Shown piece by piece: positions 10,143-19,162 of a stretch of 64,000 nt of DNA (position 1 is the first letter of the stretch; every line of letters starts with the position of its first letter). This stretch comes from Desulfobacterales bacterium. GTDB lineage: Bacteria > Desulfobacterota > Desulfobacteria > Desulfobacterales > UBA2174. The position numbers and the translations under genes are program-made. The notes under the pieces were generated by a model. The model saw only the letters and a list, made by a program, of their open reading frames with translations, did no database searches and had not been told where the DNA came from. The stretch spans positions 64,001 to 128,000 of the forward strand of contig CAXXWC010000002.1 of NCBI GenBank assembly GCA_963668645.2, given 5' to 3'.

Positions 10143-11945
10143 ATGAGTGGTAAAACTTGGGTTTTTGTCATGTTGGGTATTTACATTGTCTACTGCTTCT
10201 ACTGGGGGCTGAAGGGGTACTTTACCGAGAAAACCTCTTCGGGCTACGCCATCGCCGGGAGGTCGATTCCCTTTTTCGCCTTCCTGCTGGCCGCAACCGC
10301 CGCCTCGTTTTCCGGATGGACCTTCATCGGGCATCCAGGGCTGATCTGGCGTGACGGTCTGGCCTACGCCTTCGCCTCGTTTTACGTTCTCACCATTCCC
10401 ATTACCGGGACCTTTTTCAGCAAGCGCACATGGCTGCTGGGCAAGCGCTACGGGTTCATCACTCCGGCCGACATGTACTGCTACTACTTTAACAATGAAG
10501 GTCTGCGCTGGCTGGTTGTGATGACCGCTTTTCTCTATTCGATGTTCTACTCTGCGGTGCAGCTCATGGCCTCGGCGGCCCTGTTCCATATCATCGCCGA
10601 CGTGCCGGTGACCTTCGGTGCCATCTTCATGGCTTTCATCGTCTGGTTTTACGTCTGCACCGGCGGCCTGAAAGCCTCGACCTGGGTCGGCGTGATCCAG
10701 TTTCTGCTGCTCGTCGGCGGCATCGTCATCCTCGGCTACTACACGATCACGGCCCCGATCTTCGGCGGCTGGTCGGGCTTTTCCGCGTCGGTGGCCAAGC
10801 TCGATGTCAAGTTCCTCGAGGTGCCGCGGGTGATCAACCTGGTCGACTACCTCGGCGGGGCCCCGGGTGAAACTGCCTGGACCGCGGTAATGGTCCTGAC
10901 CTACATGTTCGCCCTGATGGGCATCCAGTGCTCGCCGGCTTTCACCATGTGGACATTCGGCATCAAGAGCCCCAAGCCGCTGGCCTGGCAGCAGGCCTTC
11001 ATGTCCACCTTCGTAGTCGGCTTCGCCCTGTTTTTCTTCACCGCTTTCCAGGGCATGGGCGCCAAGGTGCTCCAACTGGCCGGCAACCCGAACTTCCAGA
11101 CTCTGGGCAACGCCACCGTTGTACCGACCCTGATGAAGGAATTTCTGCCGCCCGCCATGCTCGGTCTGGTCTTCATGGGGGCCATTGCCGCCATCCACTC
11201 CACCGCGGCCCCGTACATCGGCACCGGCGGCTCGATCCTTTTGCGCGACGTCTACTGGCGCTATATCAAGAAGCAGGAAGCCAGCCACAGCGAGCAGATC
11301 TGGGTCAACCGGATCCTGGCCACCTTCCTGACCATCGCGGCCCTGGCTGTGGGCCTGACCTCAACGGCGGCCCTCGTGATCCTGGGTGCCCTGGCCACGG
11401 CTTTCGGCTTCGTGATGTACGTGCTGCTGCTCGGGGTGATCTGGGGCTTCAAGTTCCCGAGCAAGGGCGCCTTTCTCGGGGTTTTGGCCGGCATGATCGC
11501 CGTATTTCTGACCTACTACGTCTGGCCCAACCCCCTGTCGATGCACTGTGCCTTCTGGGGCACCTTCTCCGGGTTGGTCGTCGCCTATCTTTGCAAGGCT
11601 TTGGGGATCAAGGACAGCGAAGAGACCCTCAAACGCCAGGCCGAGATGCGCAACTTCCTTGACGACATCGACGCGCCCAGCGAGTCGGGTGCCAAGTGGC
11701 GTTCGATCATGAAGATCGGTGTCCCGGTCTGGTACTTCTTCGCCATCGGACCTGCCTGCATCCTGGGCAACAGCGCCTTTTCCTTTTCCGGATTTCCGCC
11801 CCTGTGGTCATGGCAGATCGCCTGGTGGATCCTGGGTATCGTGATGATGTGGGCATTGTGCTTCAAGGCCGAGATGTCCACCACCAACGCCACCCAGATC
11901 GAAAGGGCCGAAAAGGAAACCATGATCGTGATCAAGGAGGCCTGA
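10143..11945 (+). CDS. Sodium:solute symporter family protein (probable acetate/monocarboxylate uptake)
   Basis: YAIAGRS, AASFSGWTFIGHPG and many TM helices; next to acs; GGAGGG RBS. Confidence 0.9.
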   Translation: MSGKTWVFVMLGIYIVYCFYWGLKGYFTEKTSSGYAIAGRSIPFFAFLLAATAASFSGWTFIGHPGLIWRDGLAYAFASFYVLTIPITGTFFSKRTWLLGKRYGFITPADMYCYYFNNEGLRWLVVMTAFLYSMFYSAVQLMASAALFHIIADVPVTFGAIFMAFIVWFYVCTGGLKASTWVGVIQFLLLVGGIVILGYYTITAPIFGGWSGFSASVAKLDVKFLEVPRVINLVDYLGGAPGETAWTAVMVLTYMFALMGIQCSPAFTMWTFGIKSPKPLAWQQAFMSTFVVGFALFFFTAFQGMGAKVLQLAGNPNFQTLGNATVVPTLMKEFLPPAMLGLVFMGAIAAIHSTAAPYIGTGGSILLRDVYWRYIKKQEASHSEQIWVNRILATFLTIAALAVGLTSTAALVILGALATAFGFVMYVLLLGVIWGFKFPSKGAFLGVLAGMIAVFLTYYVWPNPLSMHCAFWGTFSGLVVAYLCKALGIKDSEETLKRQAEMRNFLDDIDAPSESGAKWRSIMKIGVPVWYFFAIGPACILGNSAFSFSGFPPLWSWQIAWWILGIVMMWALCFKAEMSTTNATQIERAEKETMIVIKEA

Positions 11946-11970
11946 TCGGCCTCGAAGGGAGAAAAACATT

Positions 11971-12057
11971 ATGAAAAAGGAAGACCTGTGGATGATCGGC
12001 CTGGTAGCCTTTTCCATCCTCTTTACAGCCTCATTCGGTTGGGGGGTCTGGGGATAA
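11971..12057 (+). CDS. 28-aa single-TM peptide MKKEDLWMIGLVAFSILFTASFGWGVWG (not in ORF track)
   Basis: Translated by hand; GAAGGGAG RBS; lies between the symporter stop and the terminator. Confidence 0.6.
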   Translation: MKKEDLWMIGLVAFSILFTASFGWGVWG

Positions 12058-12138
12058 CCCGGTTCCCGGCCTGAACCCGGGTCCCGGGCGCCCGTCATCG
12101 GATCCGCTCCGGACCTGCCGACCGAACCACACCTTTTG

Positions 12139-12180
12139 AAAATACTCCCATGCACCTTCGGGTCCATGGGAGTATTTTTT
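12139..12180 (+). terminator. Rho-independent terminator of the acs-symporter unit
   Basis: 14-bp stem AAAATACTCCCATG/CATGGGAGTATTTT, loop containing CTTCGG, T-run at the 3' end. Confidence 0.8.
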
Positions 12181-12251
12181 AGGGTTGTGGACATCCCCTG
12201 CGGATTCCGTTAAGATCCGTCCCATCCAAACCATAGCGGGAATTCAACGAA

Positions 12252-14477
12252 TTGGAGACGATCTGGACATCCGGAGACCAGGGACCGCTCCTGGCACCCA
12301 AGGCCGGCGTCCCGGGCGCCAGGGGCACCCTTCTGGTCTCCACCAAACGCAACCGTTTCTGGTGGTTCGTGGCCTTCAGCCTGGTGCTGACCGGGATCAT
12401 CGCCTTCGGTTTTGCCATCCTTTTCTGGCGCGGATTATCCCCTCAAGACCAGCAAACCCTGATTCGCATCGCCGCCGGCAACGCCGGCTATCTTTTCGGG
12501 GGTCTGATCCTTCTCCTGGCGGCGGTTTTCGCCGGTCTGGACGGTATGTTCAATATTTACATCCTCCCCCTGGTGCGCCTGATTGAAGAGTTTGCCATCC
12601 TGATCAACGTCAACCCGGCTCACCGGGTTCAGCTCGAAGGCGGGCGCGACATCGTGCGCCTGGCCAACATGATCAATGCCGGAGCCGATCGCTTCGAGGC
12701 CCTGCAAAAAGGGATCGACGATCGCATTCGCCAGGTTCGGGCCGAAGCCGAGTCCGAAAAACGGATGCTGGCCGCCGTACTGGCCGAACTGCCCCAGGGA
12801 GTGCTGCTCTGCAACACCGAGGGGCAGATCCTGCTTTACAACCGCCTGGCCCGGCAGTTTCTGGCAGGAACGGAAAAACCGCCTTCTGAAGGCGCATCGA
12901 GCGAGTGCTACCTCGGACTGGGACGCTCGATCTTTCGGCTGGTGGGGCAAGCATGCCTCAGGGAGGCGGTCGATGAGATGACCGAGCGTCTCGATCGTCA
13001 TCCCGAGGGGGATGTGGGGGCCGGATTCATCCTCCAGGGTGCCGGCGGACGGCGCCTCTATGCCCAGACTGCGCCCATCCTATACGACGATGGGCGCTAC
13101 GGCGGCTTTATCCTCCTGCTCAAGGACATCGAAGCGCAAATCGGGTTCGAACAGCGCTGCATCGGCCAATGGCGGCGCTGGCGCCGGCGCACCACCGACC
13201 TGCTCCGTGGACTGGATCGAGACCGCGAAGAGATTGAAGATTTGCAGACCCTCAAACAGCGCTTGATCGATGAGCTGTCCGCCCTCAATGAAACCCTGGA
13301 CGAGCCCCCCCCTTTGGCGGCCGCCGGTCTCTGGCCTCTGGAGCCGACTCCGGCGGGTGCCTTCCTGGGCGGGCTGCGCCACCGGGCCGGGCAACTGATT
13401 GCCGCCGATCTGGACGTGGATTCCGCCAGCGCCACGGTCAGCCTCGAGTTGGATGTCGCCTTGATGCGCGAGACCCTGGTCTGTCTCATGGTCCGGTTGC
13501 ATGAACAGATCGGCATGTCGGCCATGGGGTTGAATTTTTCGGTCCACGGCCGTTGGGCCTGTCTTGACCTGATCTGGAGCGGACCGCCGGTGGGCGAACA
13601 GTGGCTGCGCCACCAGCTCGGCCAGGCGGTGCAATCCGAAGAGCGCTTCCTTCCCCTGACCATCCGCCAGGTCCTCGACCACCACCGGGCTTCGATCCGG
13701 CGCCGCGAGATGCCGCCCGGGGCGCCTATCGCAGGGCTGCATTTCGAATTCCCGGTTTTCGACGATCAATCCTTTTCTGAAACCGAGATGCGCGGGGCGG
13801 CTATCATCGCTCCGAGCCGACCGGAATTTTACGATTTCGACCTGTTCGGCCAACCGGGATTGAGCGCCGATCAGGGCAACCGGCCCCTGGGGGAACTGAC
13901 ATACACCGTCTTCGATACCGAAACCACAGGTCTTGATCCGATGCACGACGAGATCGTCAGCATCGGGGCGGTGCGCATCGTCAACGGACGGATCCTGCGC
14001 GAAGAGTGCTTCGACCAGCTTGTTGATCCGCGACGATCCATGCCGGCCGAAGCGGTGAGGATCCACGGCATCGCCCCCGAACGCCTCGTCGGCCAGCCCA
14101 CGATCGAACGGGTCGTGCCGGCCTTCCAGCGCTTTGTCGAGGACACGATTCTCGTCGGCCACAACGCAGCCTTCGACATGCGCATGTTCCAGATCAAGGA
14201 AGCCCTCACCGGGGTGCACCTGATCCAGCCAGTTCTCGACACGATCCTGCTTTCCTCGGTCGTCAACCCCAACCTCAAAGACCATGACCTGGACGCCATT
14301 TCCATGCGCCTTCTCGGCCGCCGGATCCATCAGCGTCATTCGGCCCTGGGGGATGCCTTGGCCACGGCCGAAGTCTTTCTCAGGCTTTTGCCACTGTTGG
14401 CCGAGATGGGTATCACAACCCTCGACCAGGCCCTGGTCGCTTCACGCAAGACCTACTATGCACGCCTCAAATACTGA
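12252..14477 (+). CDS. Membrane-anchored PAS + DEDDh 3'-5' exonuclease (DnaQ-like) protein; start uncertain
   Basis: Two N-terminal TMs; PAS (LAELPQGVLLCNTEGQILLYN); VFDTETTG, VGHNAAFD, HSALGDA. Confidence 0.85.
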   Translation: METIWTSGDQGPLLAPKAGVPGARGTLLVSTKRNRFWWFVAFSLVLTGIIAFGFAILFWRGLSPQDQQTLIRIAAGNAGYLFGGLILLLAAVFAGLDGMFNIYILPLVRLIEEFAILINVNPAHRVQLEGGRDIVRLANMINAGADRFEALQKGIDDRIRQVRAEAESEKRMLAAVLAELPQGVLLCNTEGQILLYNRLARQFLAGTEKPPSEGASSECYLGLGRSIFRLVGQACLREAVDEMTERLDRHPEGDVGAGFILQGAGGRRLYAQTAPILYDDGRYGGFILLLKDIEAQIGFEQRCIGQWRRWRRRTTDLLRGLDRDREEIEDLQTLKQRLIDELSALNETLDEPPPLAAAGLWPLEPTPAGAFLGGLRHRAGQLIAADLDVDSASATVSLELDVALMRETLVCLMVRLHEQIGMSAMGLNFSVHGRWACLDLIWSGPPVGEQWLRHQLGQAVQSEERFLPLTIRQVLDHHRASIRRREMPPGAPIAGLHFEFPVFDDQSFSETEMRGAAIIAPSRPEFYDFDLFGQPGLSADQGNRPLGELTYTVFDTETTGLDPMHDEIVSIGAVRIVNGRILREECFDQLVDPRRSMPAEAVRIHGIAPERLVGQPTIERVVPAFQRFVEDTILVGHNAAFDMRMFQIKEALTGVHLIQPVLDTILLSSVVNPNLKDHDLDAISMRLLGRRIHQRHSALGDALATAEVFLRLLPLLAEMGITTLDQALVASRKTYYARLKY

Positions 14478-15579
14478 ACCGACAATCGAAGGCCTCTACG
14501 TGGACGCGGCCCTGGCCGACCTGGCTGAAACGGCCGCCATCGCCGCACATCTTGGTCTGACCCCGGAGCCGATCACGAATCCGAAAACGATTTATGAGCG
14601 GATCGCCCGGGCTGGCGACTCGGTCGCGGAAGGCAAAAGAATCCTTTGGCTAACCGCCAACCGGGGAGCCTGGGTTCGTCCTTGTCCAGGTACCCGGGAA
14701 TACACCTGCTGCGGCTATGAGATATTGCATATCGGCACCTTCTGTACCCTGGACTGCGCCTACTGTATCTTGCAGGCCTACTTTCATCCGCCGGTGCTTC
14801 AATATTTTCTCAACCGCGAAGCCATGATGCAGGAACTCCAAGCGCGCTTCCAACGGCCCGAGACGGGCCGCATCGGCACGGGCGAGTTTACCGACAGTCT
14901 GATCTGGGAACCGTGGACCGATCTCAATCCGGCGCTGATCCGCCGCTTTGCCGGCCAGGACCGCTGCGTGCTGGAATTGAAGACCAAAACCGTGGCGGTG
15001 GAGCGTTTGCTGGAACTGGAGCACCGTGAAAAGACGATCCTGGCCTGGTCCTTGAACACCCCCAGGGTGGTGGGCCGCGAGGAGCGGCGCACCTCGGCCA
15101 TCGAGGCCCGCCTCAAGGCCGCGGCCCGCTGTGCGGCGGCCGGCTATCCGGTGGCGTTTCATTTCGATCCCATGATCCTCTACCAAGGGTGCCAGGAGGA
15201 GTATGGCCGGGTGATAGAAAAGCTATTCGACCGGGTGCCGGCCGAACGGATCGTCTGGATCAGCCTGGGCACCTTTCGCTTCATGCCGGATTTGAAGACC
15301 ATTATCGACCAGCGCTTCAAGGACTCTGCCATCGCCTGCGGTGAATTCGTGCGCGGCCTGGACAACAAGATGCGCTACTTCAAGCCGCTGCGCATCGCCC
15401 TCTACCGGGAAATGGTCCGCCGCATCCGGGAGCTTGCACCCGGGGTCTGCGTCTATCTGTGCATGGAAGCCGACGAGGTCTGGCAGGAAGCCTTCGGTTT
15501 TTGCCCCTCCGAACGCGGCGGGCTGGCGCGCATGCTGGACCGGAGTGCCGCTGTGGTATGCGGGATCCGCGAGGGATGA
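14458..15579 (+). CDS. Spore photoproduct lyase-like radical SAM protein
   Basis: CTLDCAYC (CX3CX2C), GTGEFTDSL, LELKTK, AWSLN, VAFHFDP. Confidence 0.85.
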   Translation: MHASNTEPTIEGLYVDAALADLAETAAIAAHLGLTPEPITNPKTIYERIARAGDSVAEGKRILWLTANRGAWVRPCPGTREYTCCGYEILHIGTFCTLDCAYCILQAYFHPPVLQYFLNREAMMQELQARFQRPETGRIGTGEFTDSLIWEPWTDLNPALIRRFAGQDRCVLELKTKTVAVERLLELEHREKTILAWSLNTPRVVGREERRTSAIEARLKAAARCAAAGYPVAFHFDPMILYQGCQEEYGRVIEKLFDRVPAERIVWISLGTFRFMPDLKTIIDQRFKDSAIACGEFVRGLDNKMRYFKPLRIALYREMVRRIRELAPGVCVYLCMEADEVWQEAFGFCPSERGGLARMLDRSAAVVCGIREG

Positions 15580-16259
15580 TGGCAAGGCGCCGGCAGGGCC
15601 GCTTCATGCAGGGCCTGGCCGTTTGCGGCTTGCTTGCTGCCGTGCTGGCCTGGACCGCGATTTGCGGCGCCGGGGACCGGGTCCGGGTGCGCTGGGTGGC
15701 CGACGGCGACACGGTGGTCCTGGCCGACGGCCGGCACATCCGCTATCCGCGGATCAACTGCCCGGAAACGGCCCACGCGGATCGACCGGCCGAACCCTTC
15801 GCCGATGCGGCCCGGGACCTGAATCGGCGCATGGTGGCCGGGCGCACCGTTCGCCTGGCGCCCGCCGATCCGCCAAAGGACCGCTACGGACGCTATCTGG
15901 CCGATCTGGTCTTGGAAGACGGCACCTCGGTCAGCCATGCCCTGTTGGCTGCCGGCCTGGCCCATGTGTTGCCCGTGGCGCCGCTCGGCTCCAAGGATAC
16001 GGCCCTGCTCGAGGTCCAGCGCCCGGCCATGGATCAAGGCAAGGGGATCTGGGCCCGCTTGGACCGCCGCCCGAGATCGCTGCTGGGCAACCGCCGCTCG
16101 AAACGCTTTCATCGGGCCGATTCGATTTGCGCCAAAAAAATCGGGAAACGCCACCGTGTGGCGTTTCCCGATTACAAAGAGGCGTTCTACGCCGGCTATG
16201 CCCCTTGCCGGCGGTGTTTTCAGCGGCTCGAAACGCTGCTTACTCCTGCTGCTTTTTAA
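15576..16259 (+). CDS. Secreted thermonuclease (SNase) with C-terminal Ada-type metal-binding-like domain
   Basis: Signal-like N-terminus; VADGDT, IRYPRINCPE, DRYGRYLA; GNRRSKRFHR..C..GYAPCRRC. Confidence 0.85.
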   Translation: MMARRRQGRFMQGLAVCGLLAAVLAWTAICGAGDRVRVRWVADGDTVVLADGRHIRYPRINCPETAHADRPAEPFADAARDLNRRMVAGRTVRLAPADPPKDRYGRYLADLVLEDGTSVSHALLAAGLAHVLPVAPLGSKDTALLEVQRPAMDQGKGIWARLDRRPRSLLGNRRSKRFHRADSICAKKIGKRHRVAFPDYKEAFYAGYAPCRRCFQRLETLLTPAAF

Positions 16260-18303
16260 CCTCTTCGATCACCTTTTCGGCCAGATGGGCCGGCACCTCG
16301 TCATAGCGGGTGAACTCCATGGAATAGACCCCGCGCCCGCCGGTAATGGAATTGAGATCCGGGGCATAGGTGAGAAACTCGGCCAGGGGCACCTCGGCGT
16401 TGATCACCTGGTTTTTGCCGTGGCTGTCCATCCCGAGCACCCGGCCGCGGCGGCTGTTAAGGTCGCCCATGATATCGCCCATGAACTCCTCGGGGGTGAT
16501 CACGGTGACCTTCATGATCGGTTCGAGAAGCACCGGGGCGGCCTGTTCCCCGGCCTTTTTGAAGGCCAGCGAACCGGCGACTTTAAAAGCCATTTCCGAC
16601 GAATCCACTGCGTGAAAGGAGCCGAAGTCTAAGGTGGCCTTGAAGTCGATGCACGGGAATCCGGCCAGGACACCGCGCTGGGCCGACTCGATGATCCCTT
16701 TTTCCACTGCCGGAATGTAGGTCTTGGGGATCACCCCGCCAACGATGGCATCCACGAATTCGAAGCCGCTGCCCCGGGGCAAGGGTTCGAAGGCCACCCA
16801 GCAGTCCCCGTACTGGCCGTGGCCGCCGGTTTGCTTCTTGTGCTTGCCCTGGACCCGGATCTTCTTTTTGAAGGTTTCACGATAGGGGATTTTGGGGATA
16901 TGCAGCGTCACCTCGACGTTGAATTTGCGCCGCATGCGCTCCACGGTGGTTTCGATGTGCACCTGGCCCAGGCCGGACAGGACGATCTCCTTGGTTTCCG
17001 CGCGCCGTTCCATCTTGAGGCCCGGATCTTCTTCCATCAACCGGCTCAAGGAGGTGTAGATCTTGTCTTCTTCACCCTTGTTCTTGGCTTCCAGGGCGAA
17101 AGAAATGAGGGTCGGCAGTGGTTCGGCGAACTGGAAGCGGACCTTGCGGCCGTCATCGCAAAGGGTGTCTCCGGTGGTGGTTTCCTTGAGTTTGGCCACG
17201 GCCACGATATCACCGGGCCCTGCGCCGGGCAGCGGCTTTTGTTCCTTGCCCATGATGGCCAGAAGCTGGTTGAAGCGTTCCTTGGCCCGCTTTTTGGGAT
17301 TGTAGAACGTTCCGTCACTGCCCAGCCGGCCGGCCAGCACCCGAATGATGCTCAGACGTCCGGCATAGGGGTCAGAGATGGTTTTAAAAACCAACCCGGC
17401 AAAAGGTGCATCCGGATCGGGTGCGATCGTTATCGCCGCTTCGCTGCCGTCGTCCACCGCCGGGCGGGGATCGCGGTCGACCGGGGAGGGGAGGGCGGCC
17501 GCCAGAAAATCGCAGAGCAAGTCGATACCGACGTTGCGCACCGAAGATCCGCAGAGCACCGGCGCGAAGGTGCGGCCCAGTACGCCGGCCCGCAGGGCCT
17601 CGCGCAGTTCGTCGTCGCTCAGGGCTTCGCCTTCAAGATATTTTTCGATCAGATTGTCGTCCGCCTCGGCGATGTTTTCCACCAGTGCCTCTCGGGCGGC
17701 CTCGACTTCATCGGCCATTTCCGCAGGTACCTCTACGGTCGACGGTTTGCCGTTGGCATCGTAGGTGAACGCCTTCATCCGCAGCAGGTCAACAACACCC
17801 GAAAAACCGGCTTCCTTGCCGATGGGCAGCTGCAAGATCACCGGTTTGAGGTCGAAGCACTGTTCCGCGTCGGCCAGGGCCCGGGAAAAATCCGAGCGAT
17901 CCTTGTCGAGCTTGTTGACAAAGATGGCGCAGGGCATCCCGAACTGGCGGGCAAACTCCCATGCCTGTTCGGTTTGAACCTTGACCCCGTCGACCCCGTC
18001 TATGACCACCAGTGCGGCGTCCGCGCCTTGCATGCACAGTTTGGTATCGGTGAAAAAGTTCATATCCCCCGGAGTGTCCACCAGAATGAACCGGTGCTTT
18101 TTCCAATCGAACTGGTGGAAGCCGGTGGTGATGCTCGCTCCACGCTTGACTTCCTCAGGCTCGAAATCGAGCACCGTATTGCCCTCTTCGATGCGCCCCA
18201 GGCGGGTGGTGACACCGGCATCAAAGAGCATCGCTTCTGCCAGGGACGTCTTGCCGGCGCCGCTGTGGCCGACCAGCGCAAAGTTTCTTAGTTTGTCAAC
18301 CAT
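16240..18303 (-). CDS. fusA: Elongation factor G paralogue (EF-G2 type)
   Basis: Full EF-G layout (KHKKQTGGHGQYG, FHAVDSSEMAF, LLEPIM) with divergent G motifs GHSGAGKT, RGASI, DTPGD. Confidence 0.9.
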   Translation of the reverse strand: MVDKLRNFALVGHSGAGKTSLAEAMLFDAGVTTRLGRIEEGNTVLDFEPEEVKRGASITTGFHQFDWKKHRFILVDTPGDMNFFTDTKLCMQGADAALVVIDGVDGVKVQTEQAWEFARQFGMPCAIFVNKLDKDRSDFSRALADAEQCFDLKPVILQLPIGKEAGFSGVVDLLRMKAFTYDANGKPSTVEVPAEMADEVEAAREALVENIAEADDNLIEKYLEGEALSDDELREALRAGVLGRTFAPVLCGSSVRNVGIDLLCDFLAAALPSPVDRDPRPAVDDGSEAAITIAPDPDAPFAGLVFKTISDPYAGRLSIIRVLAGRLGSDGTFYNPKKRAKERFNQLLAIMGKEQKPLPGAGPGDIVAVAKLKETTTGDTLCDDGRKVRFQFAEPLPTLISFALEAKNKGEEDKIYTSLSRLMEEDPGLKMERRAETKEIVLSGLGQVHIETTVERMRRKFNVEVTLHIPKIPYRETFKKKIRVQGKHKKQTGGHGQYGDCWVAFEPLPRGSGFEFVDAIVGGVIPKTYIPAVEKGIIESAQRGVLAGFPCIDFKATLDFGSFHAVDSSEMAFKVAGSLAFKKAGEQAAPVLLEPIMKVTVITPEEFMGDIMGDLNSRRGRVLGMDSHGKNQVINAEVPLAEFLTYAPDLNSITGGRGVYSMEFTRYDEVPAHLAEKVIEEVKKQQE

Positions 18304-18394
18304 GTGCGTCCTCTTTGCTCCTTCCTCAGTCAAATGGTGGCGCCGCGTTCCAGCGCGGCCTTCCGGGGATTGGTAAATTGGCTTTTTTAACGTT

Positions 18395-19162
18395 TCAAGA
18401 CGAAAAAAGCAAGGCGATGATAAATTCGCGGTTGCCCTTGGGGCCGAGAATGGGCGAAGGCAGGACCTTTTCCACCGTCAAGCCGCAGCCCACAAAGAAA
18501 GTGGACAATTCTTCGATGACGGTCTGGTGCAAAGCCGGTTGGCGCACCACGCCGCCTTTGCCCACCTGGCCGCGGCCCACTTCGAACTGGGGCTTGATCA
18601 AAGCCAGGATCCGTCCTGCGGGTCTGAGAAAACGCAGGGCCGCCGGCACCACGATGCGCAACGATATAAAAGAGGTATCGATGACCACCAGATCGACCGG
18701 TTCGGGGATGGCATCGGTGGGCAGGTAGCGGATATTGGATCGCTCGATGGGCGTAACCCGCGGATCCTGGCGCAGTTTCCAGGCCAGTTGGCCGTAACCC
18801 ACGTCCACCGCGTAAACCCGGCGCGCCCCGTTTTGCAGCAGGCAGTCGGTAAAACCGCCCGTCGAGGCGCCCACATCCAGGCAGATCAGATCCGCCACGG
18901 ATACCGGCACGGCCTGGAGGGCCGCCGCCAGCTTGATTCCTCCGCGGGACACGAACGGATGGTCCTGGCCCTGGAGGGAGAGGGCACTGTCGGCGGGTAC
19001 CTTAACCCCGGGCTTGTCCAGCAGACCGGTACCCACTTGCACTTTGCCGGCCATGATGAGAGCCCGGGCCCGCTGGCGGCTTTCAACCAGGCCCCTGTCC
19101 ACCAGAAGCTGGTCCAGACGGACTTTGGCGGCCTTGGGGCGGGTTGCGGCCGGCTTATCCAT
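18395..19162 (-). CDS. tlyA: TlyA-family S4 + RNA 2'-O-methyltransferase
   Basis: RLDQLLV, FVSRGGIKL, DVGASTGGFT, LIKPQFE, SPILGPKGNREF. Confidence 0.93.
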   Translation of the reverse strand: MDKPAATRPKAAKVRLDQLLVDRGLVESRQRARALIMAGKVQVGTGLLDKPGVKVPADSALSLQGQDHPFVSRGGIKLAAALQAVPVSVADLICLDVGASTGGFTDCLLQNGARRVYAVDVGYGQLAWKLRQDPRVTPIERSNIRYLPTDAIPEPVDLVVIDTSFISLRIVVPAALRFLRPAGRILALIKPQFEVGRGQVGKGGVVRQPALHQTVIEELSTFFVGCGLTVEKVLPSPILGPKGNREFIIALLFSS

